From: Takakia lepidozioides
Taxonomy: Eukaryota > Plantae > Bryophyta
Direction of reading: 5' to 3'
Length of the DNA: 64,000 nt
Assembly: GCA_030704615.1 (NCBI GenBank)
Contig: CM060731.1
Span: 2,666,001 to 2,730,000, forward strand
In this document: piece after piece, positions 36,921-49,500 of the stretch
How the letters are laid out: the number at the start of each line of letters is the position of its first letter
Position numbering within the stretch: the first letter of the stretch is position 1
Translations under genes and position numbers: made by a program
The notes under the pieces: generated by a model
Databases searched by the model: none
Told to the model about the DNA's origin: nothing
What the model saw: only the letters and a program-made list of their open reading frames with translations

Positions 36921-37522
36921 TCAGTCTTCATGATATTGGGCTGGTGGACTCCCCCGTTGACCAACTCTAGGCGTTTGCCTCTCACTCCGGCTCCACTGGC
37001 AATGGCATGCTTGACCGTGCAAAAATATGTACAAATATCTGTCAGAATGTAATGGTGAGCTGTGCAGGACTACTTTGTAATGCCCTCACTTCCGGGATCC
37101 TTCCTGCTTACAAGTCACACATACGTTTGCTGTTGATTCGAGCTCAAATCCTCGTTAACTGCTACATTGTGCCAAAGTTCTCAAATTAAAAATCAGCCAT
37201 ACCATTTCTACGGTCATCGTTGTCTACCCACCCTCCATTGCGTTCCGTCTTTGCCCTTCGTCTCTGGCTGTAGCCTAGCTAACCTCGCCACACCTCTACA
37301 ACAGCCTCCCTCCAATCTAGAACCTTGCCCACATGCAATAGCCACCTTCTGAACATGCAATATCCATGTGGGGCCGCATGCAAATAGCCACTTGCATAGT
37401 TATTTTATGTCTTTGTATCGTTCCAATTTCTCCCAAGAGATCGCACTAGTGTGCCTTTTGTCGGTAAGACATTCACTGGTTGGCTCGAGGCCGGTACACT
37501 GTTTTCTGTAGTGCGCTAGAGA

Positions 37523-37642
37523 ACGCGTAAACAGGCAAAGCACAGCTGCCATGCCTTCCTGCTAATCACCGTGTGCGTGTGTCCTCGCAATGGAGGCGGT
37601 GCACCCTGCTACGCGTTCCTGTTTCTTTGTGATTGTATATAA
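37523..37642 (+). promoter_or_regulatory. HMA gene promoter: two ACGCGT boxes and TATATAA
   Basis: ACGCGT at 37523 and 37611, TATATAA at 37636. Equivalent motifs are kept upstream of copies 1 and 2. Confidence 0.6.
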
Positions 37643-37853
37643 GAAAGCTTACTCCCCTTCCTCCTTCAGCTTTGAACATCCAGGCTCATCCCACATTCTT
37701 CCACATCGCTGCATTTGTACCTCCACACACTTGTGCACTCGAAGTTGATCTACAGGGCAGTCCCATTGTCATCAAGCGATCAGTTCCCTTCTCACTTCCT
37801 CACTTGAAACAATTATTGTGCCTGTGACTGTGAGGGAGTGATCTACTGACACT

Positions 37854-38450
37854 ATGGCTTTTCTGCGGAATGATGAGCTTTTCTACGGGCGCCGAAGCGA
37901 CCCCGGCTGGACTGTCAACAGCACCAGGGATGTACCCTACTACTACGAGACTCGTGAAGCCCTCCCTCACACCCACCATGTCTCCCCCTATATTACCCAT
38001 GCGCTGCATAACAGTCACTCTCGCCACGTGCTTCCGGTAGTGGAGTTGATGGTGCCCATGTGCTGCGCCAAATGTGAAGAGAAGGTGAAGGAAGAGCTCC
38101 TGGAGCTGGAGGGCGTGTATGGAGTTGTGTGTGACCAATACACGCAGAAGGTGATTGTCTCTGGACATGTGGATCCTCTGCGTGCACTCAAGAAGGCCAA
38201 GCGAGTGAAGAAGAAATCTCAGTTGTGGCCGAGCCCTGCTTATCGCCAGTACGACGGGGGGTACAGTTCATCTGAGAGTCTGGGATACCTGCACCATGAC
38301 CAGACAGAGTGCAGATCCTCGCACAGCCGATACACCCCTGCATTTGGCCAATCTTACGTGCATTCGTACGGCCCATCTTATAGACAAGCCCACAGTCAGT
38401 CCGTCGTCACCAACCCCCATTATCTGAAGCACATTGAATCGGAGTACTGA
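37854..38450 (+). CDS. Heavy-metal-associated (HMA) domain protein, HPP/HIPP-like, without a CaaX motif
   Basis: 198-aa intact ORF. HMA domain VELMVPMCCAKCEEKVKEELLELEGV...VDP..ALKKAKRVKK and a Ser/Tyr-rich tail ending NPHYLKHIESEY. TATA box upstream. Confidence 0.92.
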   Translation: MAFLRNDELFYGRRSDPGWTVNSTRDVPYYYETREALPHTHHVSPYITHALHNSHSRHVLPVVELMVPMCCAKCEEKVKEELLELEGVYGVVCDQYTQKVIVSGHVDPLRALKKAKRVKKKSQLWPSPAYRQYDGGYSSSESLGYLHHDQTECRSSHSRYTPAFGQSYVHSYGPSYRQAHSQSVVTNPHYLKHIESEY

Positions 38451-39938
38451 TTGTTGCAAAGCTCCACCATAGCTACACCAACTGTATAGAGCAGCTCGGT
38501 AGATTGATAGCGCGTTCTTTGCGGCTAACTTGGATGCTTCACATTGGGGGCGCCTGTAGAGATTCGAAACGTAATCAAGATTTTGACTAGAAATATGAGA
38601 AAGCGATGGCGATGCGTTGGGGTGATCCGTCAAATGGGGGCTTGTAATGTGAATGAAGCGAGGAGTGGATCTTTTCCGCGTCAGGATGTCAGGAGAACGT
38701 TGTCCCTTTGTAGAATGTTTGACCCTGAATGCCCGGATTGCATAAATGCCATGGAGCCTTGTCACCCAAGTCCTCTTCTCTCGATTGCATGTAATGAGTA
38801 CATTAGAGAAGAATGGATGAACTTGCACGAGAACATCGTAAGTTGTAATTTATCCCTGCGTTTGAACACCAAGCAGATGCACAGAGGAAAAGGAGATGGT
38901 ATTTGCCCGATGTGCCGGCACTAAACTGAAGACAATATATCCATTTTCTGATATAATGGCCAGGCTACCCTCACCACTCTAAAAGTAGGGATTTTGCATC
39001 CTGCAAACAAATCTTCCCTCTCAAAAATAGATTTAGGAAAAACAGAATACATTTCATGCTTTTGACCGACAACAGCCTCTATGGGGTTTCATGTTTTCCC
39101 CTTTTCACTACAAATGCGTGGAATACATGCCTACTTAGACGTTTACAAGTTTGTACAACAGAGTTTCAAACTTTGGGTGTACGTAATCCTCTCCAGTCCT
39201 GCGGTAAAATGTAGGACTCTCGATAGAGCATCCTTCATCACTCGTGTATGGTTCTCCGCATATATCCATCTACATACACACAAATTATTAATATGCGTTT
39301 CTGACATGTTGAACGATTCTGCTTTGAGCCTCAAAGACACGCAGAGTAGATTCAGTGACTGGAAAGAATGGAAGGTAGTCACGTCCAACTCAGACAGATA
39401 CCCAGGCATTCAGGCTTCGGATCTCCAAGAGAAAGGAAGGGACAGCTTGAGCATGTATTTGTGTAGTGACCTGTTAGACCCTAAAATTTTGAACGCTTCT
39501 TGCTCGCTAAGAAAAACTGGAAAGCCTCATTCATCAGCATCGCCAAGATCGCCAGGTCAGTATTACGGTCTGGCCCAAGCATAGCAAGGCTTATTAGGGA
39601 TGAGTACCTGGAGCTGAGTAGCCATGTTATTATTGTTAAAAGTTATATTCTAGTATAATGTACTGTTACGTTCAAAATTATAATAAGTCTATAATTTATT
39701 TATTTAAAGGGATTTAATTATCTCTCTATATAATATGTACAGATCATACGTTAATGATACTTAGCCTAGTACATATTAATTTTCGATTTGGATAATAAAA
39801 CCTAAAAAAAAGAACAATCTGATAATATGCCTTGATAATATGTTAAATCGTCCTTTTTTTTCTTTTCTTTTTAATAGAGAAGAGGGACGGAGGCCTCAGA
39901 ATTTTATAAAAGGTGGATGTAAATATCCAGGAAAATAC

Positions 39939-40721
39939 CAGTGTTGGGCGGTTATTTATATTTTTTGCTAACAGGCGGTTGCGGTTACATTGGAACTCAA
40001 TATTGAAATAACCTAGTAGGCCGGTTCTTTCAATTTATTGACTTTCTAATAACCTGCCGGTTGCGGTTAAGAGTGACATGTTTTTTTGGCCGGGTATCCA
40101 TAAATCCAGTTATCATTCTCCCTATAACTGAGGGTTATACAACCGGTTATGTATATTTATATTTAATTAAAAAGTAATATAGAATTATAGCTGAAATTTG
40201 TATCAATCATAAATATATTTTCAAGCCTGCATTAGTACAATAGAGCTGGCCTGTAGATATATTTTAGATATACACATGCATCTAAAATTACTAAATGAAT
40301 TAGGCTCATCAATGGGGATTTCAAAAAATACAATGTCCTATCATAATGTTTCAATGTGCTTCAAAATATGAAGCCTGGCAAGCTCATTCACAAATTTAGC
40401 CAAGGACTCACACTCAGAACCACCACTCATAACCTTAGGTTATTAGACCCAATATATATATTCATATATTAGACCACTCATTTTTAATTTTTTTTCATAA
40501 CCGTGCACTTAAAAAATATCCAACCGGTTGTCTACATCAATTTTTTAAAATTTTGGCCTCCGCCGGTTACTATTGGGACCGGTTATTTGTATGCCTACAC
40601 TCTGTCGGTTCCTAACGGGACCGGTTATTTCAAATTTTCATCTCCTGCGATTATATATATATATAACCGGATAGATAACCAACTGTTATTAGAGACAAGA
40701 TAAAATAAACGCCCAACATTG
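39939..40721. mobile_element. hAT-type non-autonomous element (MITE)
   Basis: TIRs CAGTGTTGGGCGGTTATTT and reverse-complement CAATGTTGGGCGTTTATTT. 8-bp TSD GAAAATAC. Subterminal AACCGG/CCGGTT repeats. Confidence 0.92.
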
Positions 40722-40977
40722 GAAAATACACAGAAGGAAAAAATAACCTCATAAGCTTTTATGATTAATTTATAATCATAATACATTTTATTCAACAGAT
40801 AGTGTTAAAACTTAGTGTCTACACCCTTAGCTCTATCAGCCCTTCTACACTTGATTTGCAGGTCAAAATCCAGTAGCCGCCACAACTCAATACTCCCTAA
40901 CTTATGCTTAAAAAGAGCACTTCCACTCTCGTCAGTCAATTGGCTCAAGCAAATCAGGTCCAACAGTTCTAAACTGC

Positions 40978-41253
40978 GCTCTGATACCAAATGTTGACTG
41001 TTGGTCCTTCTCAGAAGGTTGAACAGTAATTCAGCCACTTCCTTATTGGCAGGGCTTGCATGTAATCCATACAATTGTTTGCCTTGTTCTCAGTTTTTCT
41101 TCTGGTTTACTCTTCTTAAATCCCTCTTATTGCTCATCAAATCTTCTCATGCAAGCATGGAAACTTTTAAGGATATTTTAACAGGCTTGAATCACCATGA
41201 AAACAACATCCAGTACAATTCAGGCTGAGGGAGGAGGCACGTTTCCATTAACA
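40978..41253 (-). mobile_element. Short LTR (40992-41253) plus tRNA-iMet PBS; retrotransposon remnant, possibly copia
   Basis: TGTTGA...TTAACA boundaries, with minus-strand TGGTATCAGAGC 2 nt inside the LTR. Confidence 0.6.
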
Positions 41254-42609
41254 ACCGAGTTATCAACATATTTTACTCCTCTTGGATCATTCTTTCTACC
41301 AGTGGTCCCCTATATCAGTTTGCAGGGATAGGCATTGCCCTGGATGAGATTTAGGGGGTCTAATTACGTCCGTGAGAGAAGATCTGGAGTAACTAGGGCT
41401 GGGCACTCAATAATCAAGTTCAATACGCATGAAGATATTTCATTCAGTAATACCGCAAAAGTTGTGTGGTCATCGGATAACTTACTGCACCTCCATTGAT
41501 AGCTACGATCTCCCAACTTTTCCCTTTTCACGGAGAGTTGGGAGATCGGACCTGAGATAGGGTTCGGGTCCAGGTTTTGCACATAGAAGTGCCCGGCAGA
41601 CGTTCATAACCCAATGATGACATCATCTTTTTGTCGGGTTTGACCACATGGTAGGACGCTCTTACCCGCCACAATGGCCTTGGATAATTGTTTTGCCTAT
41701 AGAGCACAAAACGTATAATATTTAGGTAGATATATCATATATCAACAGAAATAAAGGTCAAAATCTAAAACAATACTGCACGTCAAAACCATCAAAAATA
41801 ACAGTGGAAAGGTTTAGGGTTTAGTACATACACCCTTCAGTGCATACGATATTCCTTCAATCAAACAAAATATAAATAGAGGGTTGAAAATACAAAGTAA
41901 TGTCCATTTGACTGCCTAACAGAAAACCTCTTTCTCTATCGACAAATCTCTTTCTCTATGGAGAGACAGTTTGAGAGCCAAGTACTAGTATCAAAAGGCT
42001 GTTGTGCAAGGTATAAGTGCATGGTTTCTGAAACTGCTTTCATCTCAGAAAATGAAATCAACATACATTTGAAACCATTACGTCCACTTCTTCATCTTCT
42101 TTCAATTTCTTCACTCGAGATGACCAGATCCTTGATAAGAGTGGATGAATGCTTTATCAAACCAACTATATTAAGGCTCGGCATAAAATCTAACAACTGT
42201 GGAGGTGCGCTAACAAAGAGGAGAGTCATATTTTCGTAACACGTCAAACAACGCTCTTATGCCATATTCAAGTGTAAATTCTTACAGAGCAAAGATTTCA
42301 CAGCATTAAGAGTGACATAACAAAAAAGTAGGTACCACTTATCCACGGTCAAGCAGCGGGACACATGACCATTGTAGCGTACCGTGCTGTCAAAGATTAT
42401 ATGTGTGCATTAAGTTCTTACATTTTTTCTATTTCTTTCCTCTTATGATATAGTTTGAAATAAGAATATATATAAATAGTTGGGGCAAAGCCAAGTGAAA
42501 TTGCTTTGCAAAGAAGGAAGAAAAAATAACCTCGCCGAATCAATAAAACTTGCAATTGGGCAACTTCCTTGAGACTAGCTCCACAAGACAAATATACTCA
42601 CTCCACTCT

Positions 42610-44445
42610 GTTGGGAACTAGCTCAAGGAACTTATGAAAAAACAGTTTGTGCCCATCAATGCGTCCTGGCTCGCCCGAGACAAAATGAGGAATTTGAAGC
42701 AAACGGATGAGATTTGGGGATATGTTCAGGCTTTCAATGTGCTGTTGCTCGAAGTCGCGGATATAGCGGAATCAGAAATGGTCTTCAACTTTGTGGCAGG
42801 ACTGGCCCCATGGGCTAGGCGGAAGTTGGAGGAGAAGCCACTTAAGACTTTGAACGAGGCAATTGAAAGGGCTGAATGTTTCTCGGATGTCCCTAGGGGC
42901 AAAAGACAAGGCCGTACGGAGCTGAACCACAGGAAGACCCAGCGGGAGGGTGACTCTTTCCGACCGGAAAAGAAGTGGGATAGGCCACGCGACGACAATG
43001 GCACGTGGAAATAGAAGGGAGGGCCTTCACATGTCAAAGCGGCACTCGGTGCTCCAAAAGGAAAATCAGGTGCGGCAGCTTATGGCGAACAGAAGCGACC
43101 TTCGATGGAGTGTGCTTTAATTGCGGGGAGCCCGGGCACATGGCCAAGAAGTGCACGAAACCCCGACAATTGAACATGACTCGGGCGACCACGGAGCTGT
43201 CCGAAGATTCCATCAGCCGCTTGGTAGAAGCGGTGGTCGCCAAGAGTTGCAAGATAGACAACTACTATTGTGAGTTGTATCAGGAGACTGGCCCCTTGCG
43301 TAAAGGGAGTCAGTTAAAGTTCGTGAGTGGGCTAATTTCTGGAACTAACGTGTCGTTGTTGGTGGACACAAGAGCGTCGCACTCCTTCATGACACCGGCA
43401 ACGGCACAGAAGCTGGGGCTCCCGACAAATGATGTGGGGGTCTCTATTGAAGTGCGTTCTGCCAAAGGAGAACCACAACTAGCAACAAGGTTGGCGTTCG
43501 ATGTTCCTCTTTAGCTCGGGAGTTGGGAGGGACGTGAGAACTTCACCATTTGCGAGATCGATGGAGTGGATCTCATTTTGGGGATGACCTTTTTGAGCAA
43601 ATCCAAAGCGGTCATAGATGGCCGCAAGAGTATAGTCACTATCGTACACGTGGGAATGGTGGCGAAATTTTACGGGTGTCGAAAACGCCCAACCGAGTGG
43701 GAGGGCGAATAAACTTGCTGACAGCAAAGGAGTGGGCAGTGGAGGAGCCACACGAGCCCCAATTTTTGCTTTACATAAGACAAGTGGAAGGAGAAGTCGA
43801 TAGGGAGCCTAGCCCAGATTAGATCAAGGGGATCCTGGAGAAATACCAGGATGTGATGCCGGAGGATTTACTAAGCGGCTTGCCACCGCAAAGAGGAGTT
43901 GACCACAAGATAGAGGTGATATCGGAGCCGCCTGCCAAGGCACCCTACCGGTTGAGCCACAGAGAGTCGGTCGAGCTAAAGGCCCAGCTCAAGGATCTAA
44001 TGTCAAAGGGTTACATCCGGCCGAGTAAGTCACCTTACGGAGCCCCGGTACTATTCGCAGACAAGAAGGATGGGACGTTGTGGATGTGTGTCGATTACAG
44101 GGCTCTGAATAAGGTGACTATAAAAAACCGGTGCCCTTTGCCAAGGATCGACAACCTCTTCGATCAATTGGCAGGACCAAAGTATTTCAGCCGGATCGAT
44201 TTACATTTGCGTTACTGTCAAATCCGAGTGGCGGAAAGAAATGAGAAGAAGACTACGTGCAAGACAAGATATGGTTCATATGAGTTCTTGGTGTTGCCTT
44301 TTGGGCTCATCAACGCACATGCAACCTTTAGCACGCTATTGAACAGTCTTTTCCAGGAGTGGTTGGATGACTTTGTGATCGTGTACATCGACGACATCTT
44401 GGTGTACTCGAAAACAAAAGATGAGCACCTGGAGCACCTCAAAAG
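42610..44445 (+). mobile_element. Ty3/gypsy element C: 5'-truncated gag, protease and RT, cut by the LTR of element D
   Basis: Retrotransposon gag (LKQT...YVQAF), CFNCGEPGHMAKKC, LLVDTRASHSF, and RT up to YIDDILVYS. In-frame stops present. Confidence 0.92.
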
Positions 44446-46552
44446 TGTCGCAGCCCTTTGCCTTAAGGGCGGGGGATCGGGACACAAGAGGGGCTGCCCC
44501 TGTGGTGGGGGCAGTGGCAACAATAGGAACGGGGGCTGAAGCACCCTTGAGTGCCCAAGGCACTCAAGGAGGCGGAGGCGCTCACTAGGTGGAGCCCGGC
44601 ACACCGGTTGCGGTGGAGGTGGGTCCACAAGGAGTGGTGGTAGCTTAGTGGGTCTTAGTGGGGGTGGCATAGGACTCACCATGGGGCGGAGACCTTGTGG
44701 TGGGAGTCGTGGGGAGTCTTGGGACTCATCACGGGCCAATGGGGCCGTGGTAGGTGGGCCAAGACTCACCGCGACTCATCACCACCGCGACTCATCACCG
44801 GGAATCGAGGGTTTTCGTGGTGGTTCGCCATAAAAGGATGGTGTTGTTTGTGAAACCCCCGCGGACAGTCACAGAAGTATATATAGGGAGTAGTAACCCC
44901 GAGAACGGTGCAAGCCCGTTGGTGACCAAAAACTAGTGAGTAAGCATGCGAGCCGGAAAGCGACCAAGGTGTGGGGAGCTGTTCCGGACTGCCATCGACC
45001 AAAGGGAATTTCCACTTGGCCCAAATTGAGAGAGGGTCTTGTGGAGGAGTAAAAGGGGACCGTTATGTCCCGGTGAGCAGCCGAAGCTCCGAGTTGGCCC
45101 GGTGGCCAGTTTGGGAGTTAGGCGCGCGCATCAAAGCAAGTAACTATGACTTGAAGGGGAGCTTACGGAAGTGAGGTGCGCGACACTTGGTATCAGAGCT
45201 GAGAGTTCAGTACGTGATCGTCCTTGAGATCGGCCTCATCATGGGGTCGGGCAAGCCAAAGCGAAAGCGGAACGGCCCGAATTAAGATGATGATCCTGGT
45301 GAGCCCGGTGGAGGCGAAGTGTCACCGAAGCGGCAATTTGAGGAAGCGATTCATGCTTTTGAAAGCGAGTGGCGTCTTGCGTAAATGAAGTCAGTTAATG
45401 TTCGTGAATGGGATAATTTCCAGAACTAACGTGTCGTTGTTGGTGGACACAAGAGCGTCGTACTCCTTCATGACATCGGCAACGGCATGAAAGCTGGGGC
45501 TCCCGACAAGTGCCGTGGGGGCCTCTATTGAAGTGCGTTCTGCCAAAAAAGAACCACAACTGGCGACGAGGTTGGCGTTTGATGTTCCTCTTCAGCTGGG
45601 GAGTTGGGAGGGACGTGAGAACTTCACCATTTGCGAGATCGATGGAGTGGATCTCATTTTGGGGATGACCTTTTTGAGCAAATCTGGAGCAGTCATAGAT
45701 GGCCGCAAGAGAATAGTCACGCTACCGTGTGGGAATGGTGGCGAAGTTTTACGAGTGTCGGAAACGCCCAACCCAGTGGGAGGGCGAATAAACCTACTGT
45801 CAGCAAAAGAGTGGGTTGTGGAGAAGCCACACGAGCCCCAGTTTTTGCTTTACGTAAGACAAGTGAAGGGAGAAGGCGATATGGAGCCGAGCCCAGTTTG
45901 GATCAAGGGGATCCTGGAGAAATACCAGGATGTGATGCCGGAGGATTTACCAAGCGGCTTGCCACCGCGAAGAGGAGTTGACCACAAGATTGAGGTGATA
46001 CCAGGATTGGAACCGCCTGCCAAGGCGCCCTACCGATTGAGCCACAGAGAGTTTGTCGAGCTGAAGGCTCAGCTCAAGGATCTAATGTCAAAGGGGTACA
46101 TCCGGCCGAGTAAGTCACCCTACCTAGCCCCGGTGCTATTCGCAGACAAGAAGGATGGGACGTTGCGGATGTGTGTCGATTGCAGGGCTCTGAATAAGGT
46201 GACTATAAAAAACCGGTACCCTTTGCCAAGAATCTACGACCTCTTCAATCGGTTGGCAGGAACAAAGTATTTCAGCCAGATCGATTTGCGCTTCGGCTAC
46301 CATCAAATCCGAGTGGCGGAAGGAGATGAGGAGAATACCGCGTGCAGGACAAGATATGGTTCATATGAGTTCTTGGTGATGCCTTTTGGGCTCACCAACG
46401 CACCCGCGACCTTAGCACGCTAATGAACAGCCTTTTTCTAGGAGTGGTTGGATGACTTTGTGATCGTGTACATCGACAACATCTTGGTATACTCGAAAAC
46501 AAAGAAAGAGCACCTGGAGCACCTCAAAAGGGTGTTCCAGAAATTGCGGGAA

Positions 46553-49500
46553 CACTACAACAGATCGCGGTATATTTGACTGCCGAGCCGTAGTAGTCAT
46601 GGTTTTTCTGACTTTGACCATGACTTCCTTGTATTTTTGGATCAAATGGGGCTTCACGTAGTCGTTGAAATGACTACGTGACTACGTAGTCCTCTGGGCG
46701 ACTACTTTGGTAGACTTTGTCATGACTGCATGGCTCCGCACTAGAGGGATGGTTGGTCAACGATGGTTGACCAGCGCGAGCTCACCACCAAATAGTTGCC
46801 AGAATGACTTCTAGTGCAAGCCTGGTAGCCAAAAGGTTAATTTTTTTTTTAAAGTTGTTTATAGGGTTGCGCATGAGAGGGTTGGGACTTAGTTTTTCTT
46901 TTTCTTTTTCTCCTGCGCGGTTTCTTAGTATCGAGCTGTTGTGTTGGGTCATGGAACGCAATGATCGTTGGATAGGGGCGTGGGATGGAGGCTTTGCAGA
47001 CCTATTCTTGAGCTACTGATGCATGAAGGGGTGAAGCGCAACATGCACCGCAACCGCAATGGGCTCTTGGCTCCTGTTAGTACCATGATTTGGTATTCTT
47101 CATAATGTTTACAAGGTTATTGGGAGAGACAGCTTGGTCTTAGCAGTCCGTGTTTCAATCGATGCCCGCTAAGCTGCACCGTGGTGGTTCTCACAGACAA
47201 ATACGACATTACCTGACTACAAACACAAACAACACACACAAGAGGTCCTACTGTGTTCATGGTCAGTCAAATCCTCCATGGGTCATGACACAAGGTCGAG
47301 GACAATGTGGTGAGGGCACCTTCTTCTTCGACCTATTTCAGCCTGTTTTGACCTCTCATCATACTCGGCCCTGAATTTCTTCACGATGGTGGGACAACCG
47401 CAATCACAAGGTGTGGCTTTTTCTTAATGTACCATGTAAAGTTCTAAGTTAGTCCATCCTGCAAATGTGGGCTCTTGGCTCTTGTTATGATTTGGTATTC
47501 TTTCTAATGTTTACAAGGTTCTTGGGAGAGTCAGCTTGGTCTTAGCAAGCTGCGTTTCAATCTCTGCCAGTTCAGTTGTGGAAATCGCAGCAGCGGCACA
47601 ATTGATAAAATCTGGCACTGCTACTCAAGGCACCTTCTTCAACACATTTCACCTTGTTTTCTCCTCTTATCAGAATCGGCCCTAAATTGGTGAGGGCACC
47701 TTTTCTTCAACCTGTTTCAGTCTATTTTTCCCTCTCATCATTAGGTTGGGGTGTTTGCTGGAAGAGGGCCGGATTTCAAGCACAAGATTACCTATGATCC
47801 CCTGTGGATCCATTGCTACAAGAAACCTGCATGGGTAGATGGTGAACTAGAAGCCGCAGCAGCAGTGGCACAATTGATAAATTAGGCACTGCTAATGAAG
47901 GCAACCTTCTTCAACACATTTCACCCTATTTTCCCCTCTTATCAAAATCGGCCCTAAATTTTCAGGTTGAATTTCTGTAAGTTACTGGTTGAGTGAACCT
48001 TTGATAGTTTGCAGTGTGTGCAAGCCTGGTAGCTCTGGAGAAGGGCAAAGAGGTCCATGGCGACATTGTCAGAGCTGCAGTTATACCACATGTCATTCTT
48101 AACAATACCCTCATGGACATGTATGAAGGGAGTGTTTGACAGTATGCCTGAACAAGATGTGGGTGTCGTGGAGTGCGATGATTGCAGGATATGCACAGTT
48201 ACGGCATGGATGGAGGCTTTTGAGAACTATGACCAAATGATGTGCGAAAGGGAGAAGCCCAACCGCTTTACATTTGTTTGTGTTTGCAATGTGTGTGTAA
48301 GCCTGGGAGCTCTAGGAAAGGGGAAAGAGGTTCATGGTGACATCATCAAAGCTGAATTTGTACCAGATGTCATTATGAACACTGCCCTGGTGGACATGTA
48401 TGCCAAATGTGGGTGCAACAAGCCTGATGCAAAAGGGGAGTTCGACAATATGGCTGAACGAGATGTGGTGTTTTGGAATGCCATGATTGCAAGATATGTG
48501 CAGCATGGGTATGGGATTAAGGCTTTGGAAACCTAACAGCAAATGATGTGGGAAGGGATGAAGGCAGACCGGGTCATGTTCATTTGTGTTTATAATATGC
48601 ATATGCGAGCTTAGCAGCCCTGGGAATGGTCAAAGAGGTTCATTGTGACATTATCAAAGTTGGAATTGTACCAGATGTCATTCTGAACATTCCCCTGGTG
48701 TACATCTATGCTCACCAAGTGTTCAATAGAATCCCTCAACGATCTTTGATCATGTGGAATATAATGTTGGCAGGATTTACCAAGCATGGGTTGGTAGGAA
48801 TGCTTTGGAGACTATGAGCAAATGTTGCGCGAAGGGTTGAAGCCCAACCGCATCACATTTGTTTGTGTTTGCAATGCGTGTGCAAGCCTGGGAGCGTTCT
48901 GTTGTAGTGAATACTTTTCTGACCCCAGTCAACGATGGGACAATCAAGGCAAAAAGGTGAATTCCTATTGGATTACAGAGAGTAGAAGATGCAATTGAGC
49001 ATAGGAACTAGTGTGATAAGTTGAGTTGGGTGTTTCCTAGAACAATTCAAGGCTTTCATTATCAGCTGCTAGCAGCAAGGCAAGGGTGAATGCATGATTT
49101 TGGCAGAGGCATGGATAGCTAAAGGAGCAGGGATAGAGTGTGGGTCCACATTCATTGAAGAGGGCCGGACTTCAAGCTCCTATGATTCCCTGTGGATCAA
49201 TAACTACTAGCAACCTGCATGGATAGATGGTCAATTGGAAGCTGCAGCAGTAGCAGTGGAATTGATAAATCAGGCACTACTAATGAAGGCACCTTCTTCA
49301 ACACATTTCACCCTGTTTTTCCTTTCTTATCAGAATCGACCCTAAGTTTCCATGTTGAATTCTGTATGCTAGCTGGTTGAGTGTACCTTTGATAGTTTGG
49401 AGTGAGTTGACATGATACTGCCAATGTGACAACATGAAAGTATCCAGAAACAGGTAACAGAGATGAGGAGGAGCTGTGGAATGAATACTTTTCTTACCCA

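Noticed and set aside
39541-39600. Inverted match to ~34893-34950 as TIRs of an element enclosing HMA copy 3
   Set aside because: The match is short and imperfect and I found no TSD. It is more simply explained as two LTR-related fragments.
44218-44769. Pro-rich 183-aa minus-strand ORF
   Set aside because: It is an antisense read across the GC-rich LTR/RT junction with no coding support.
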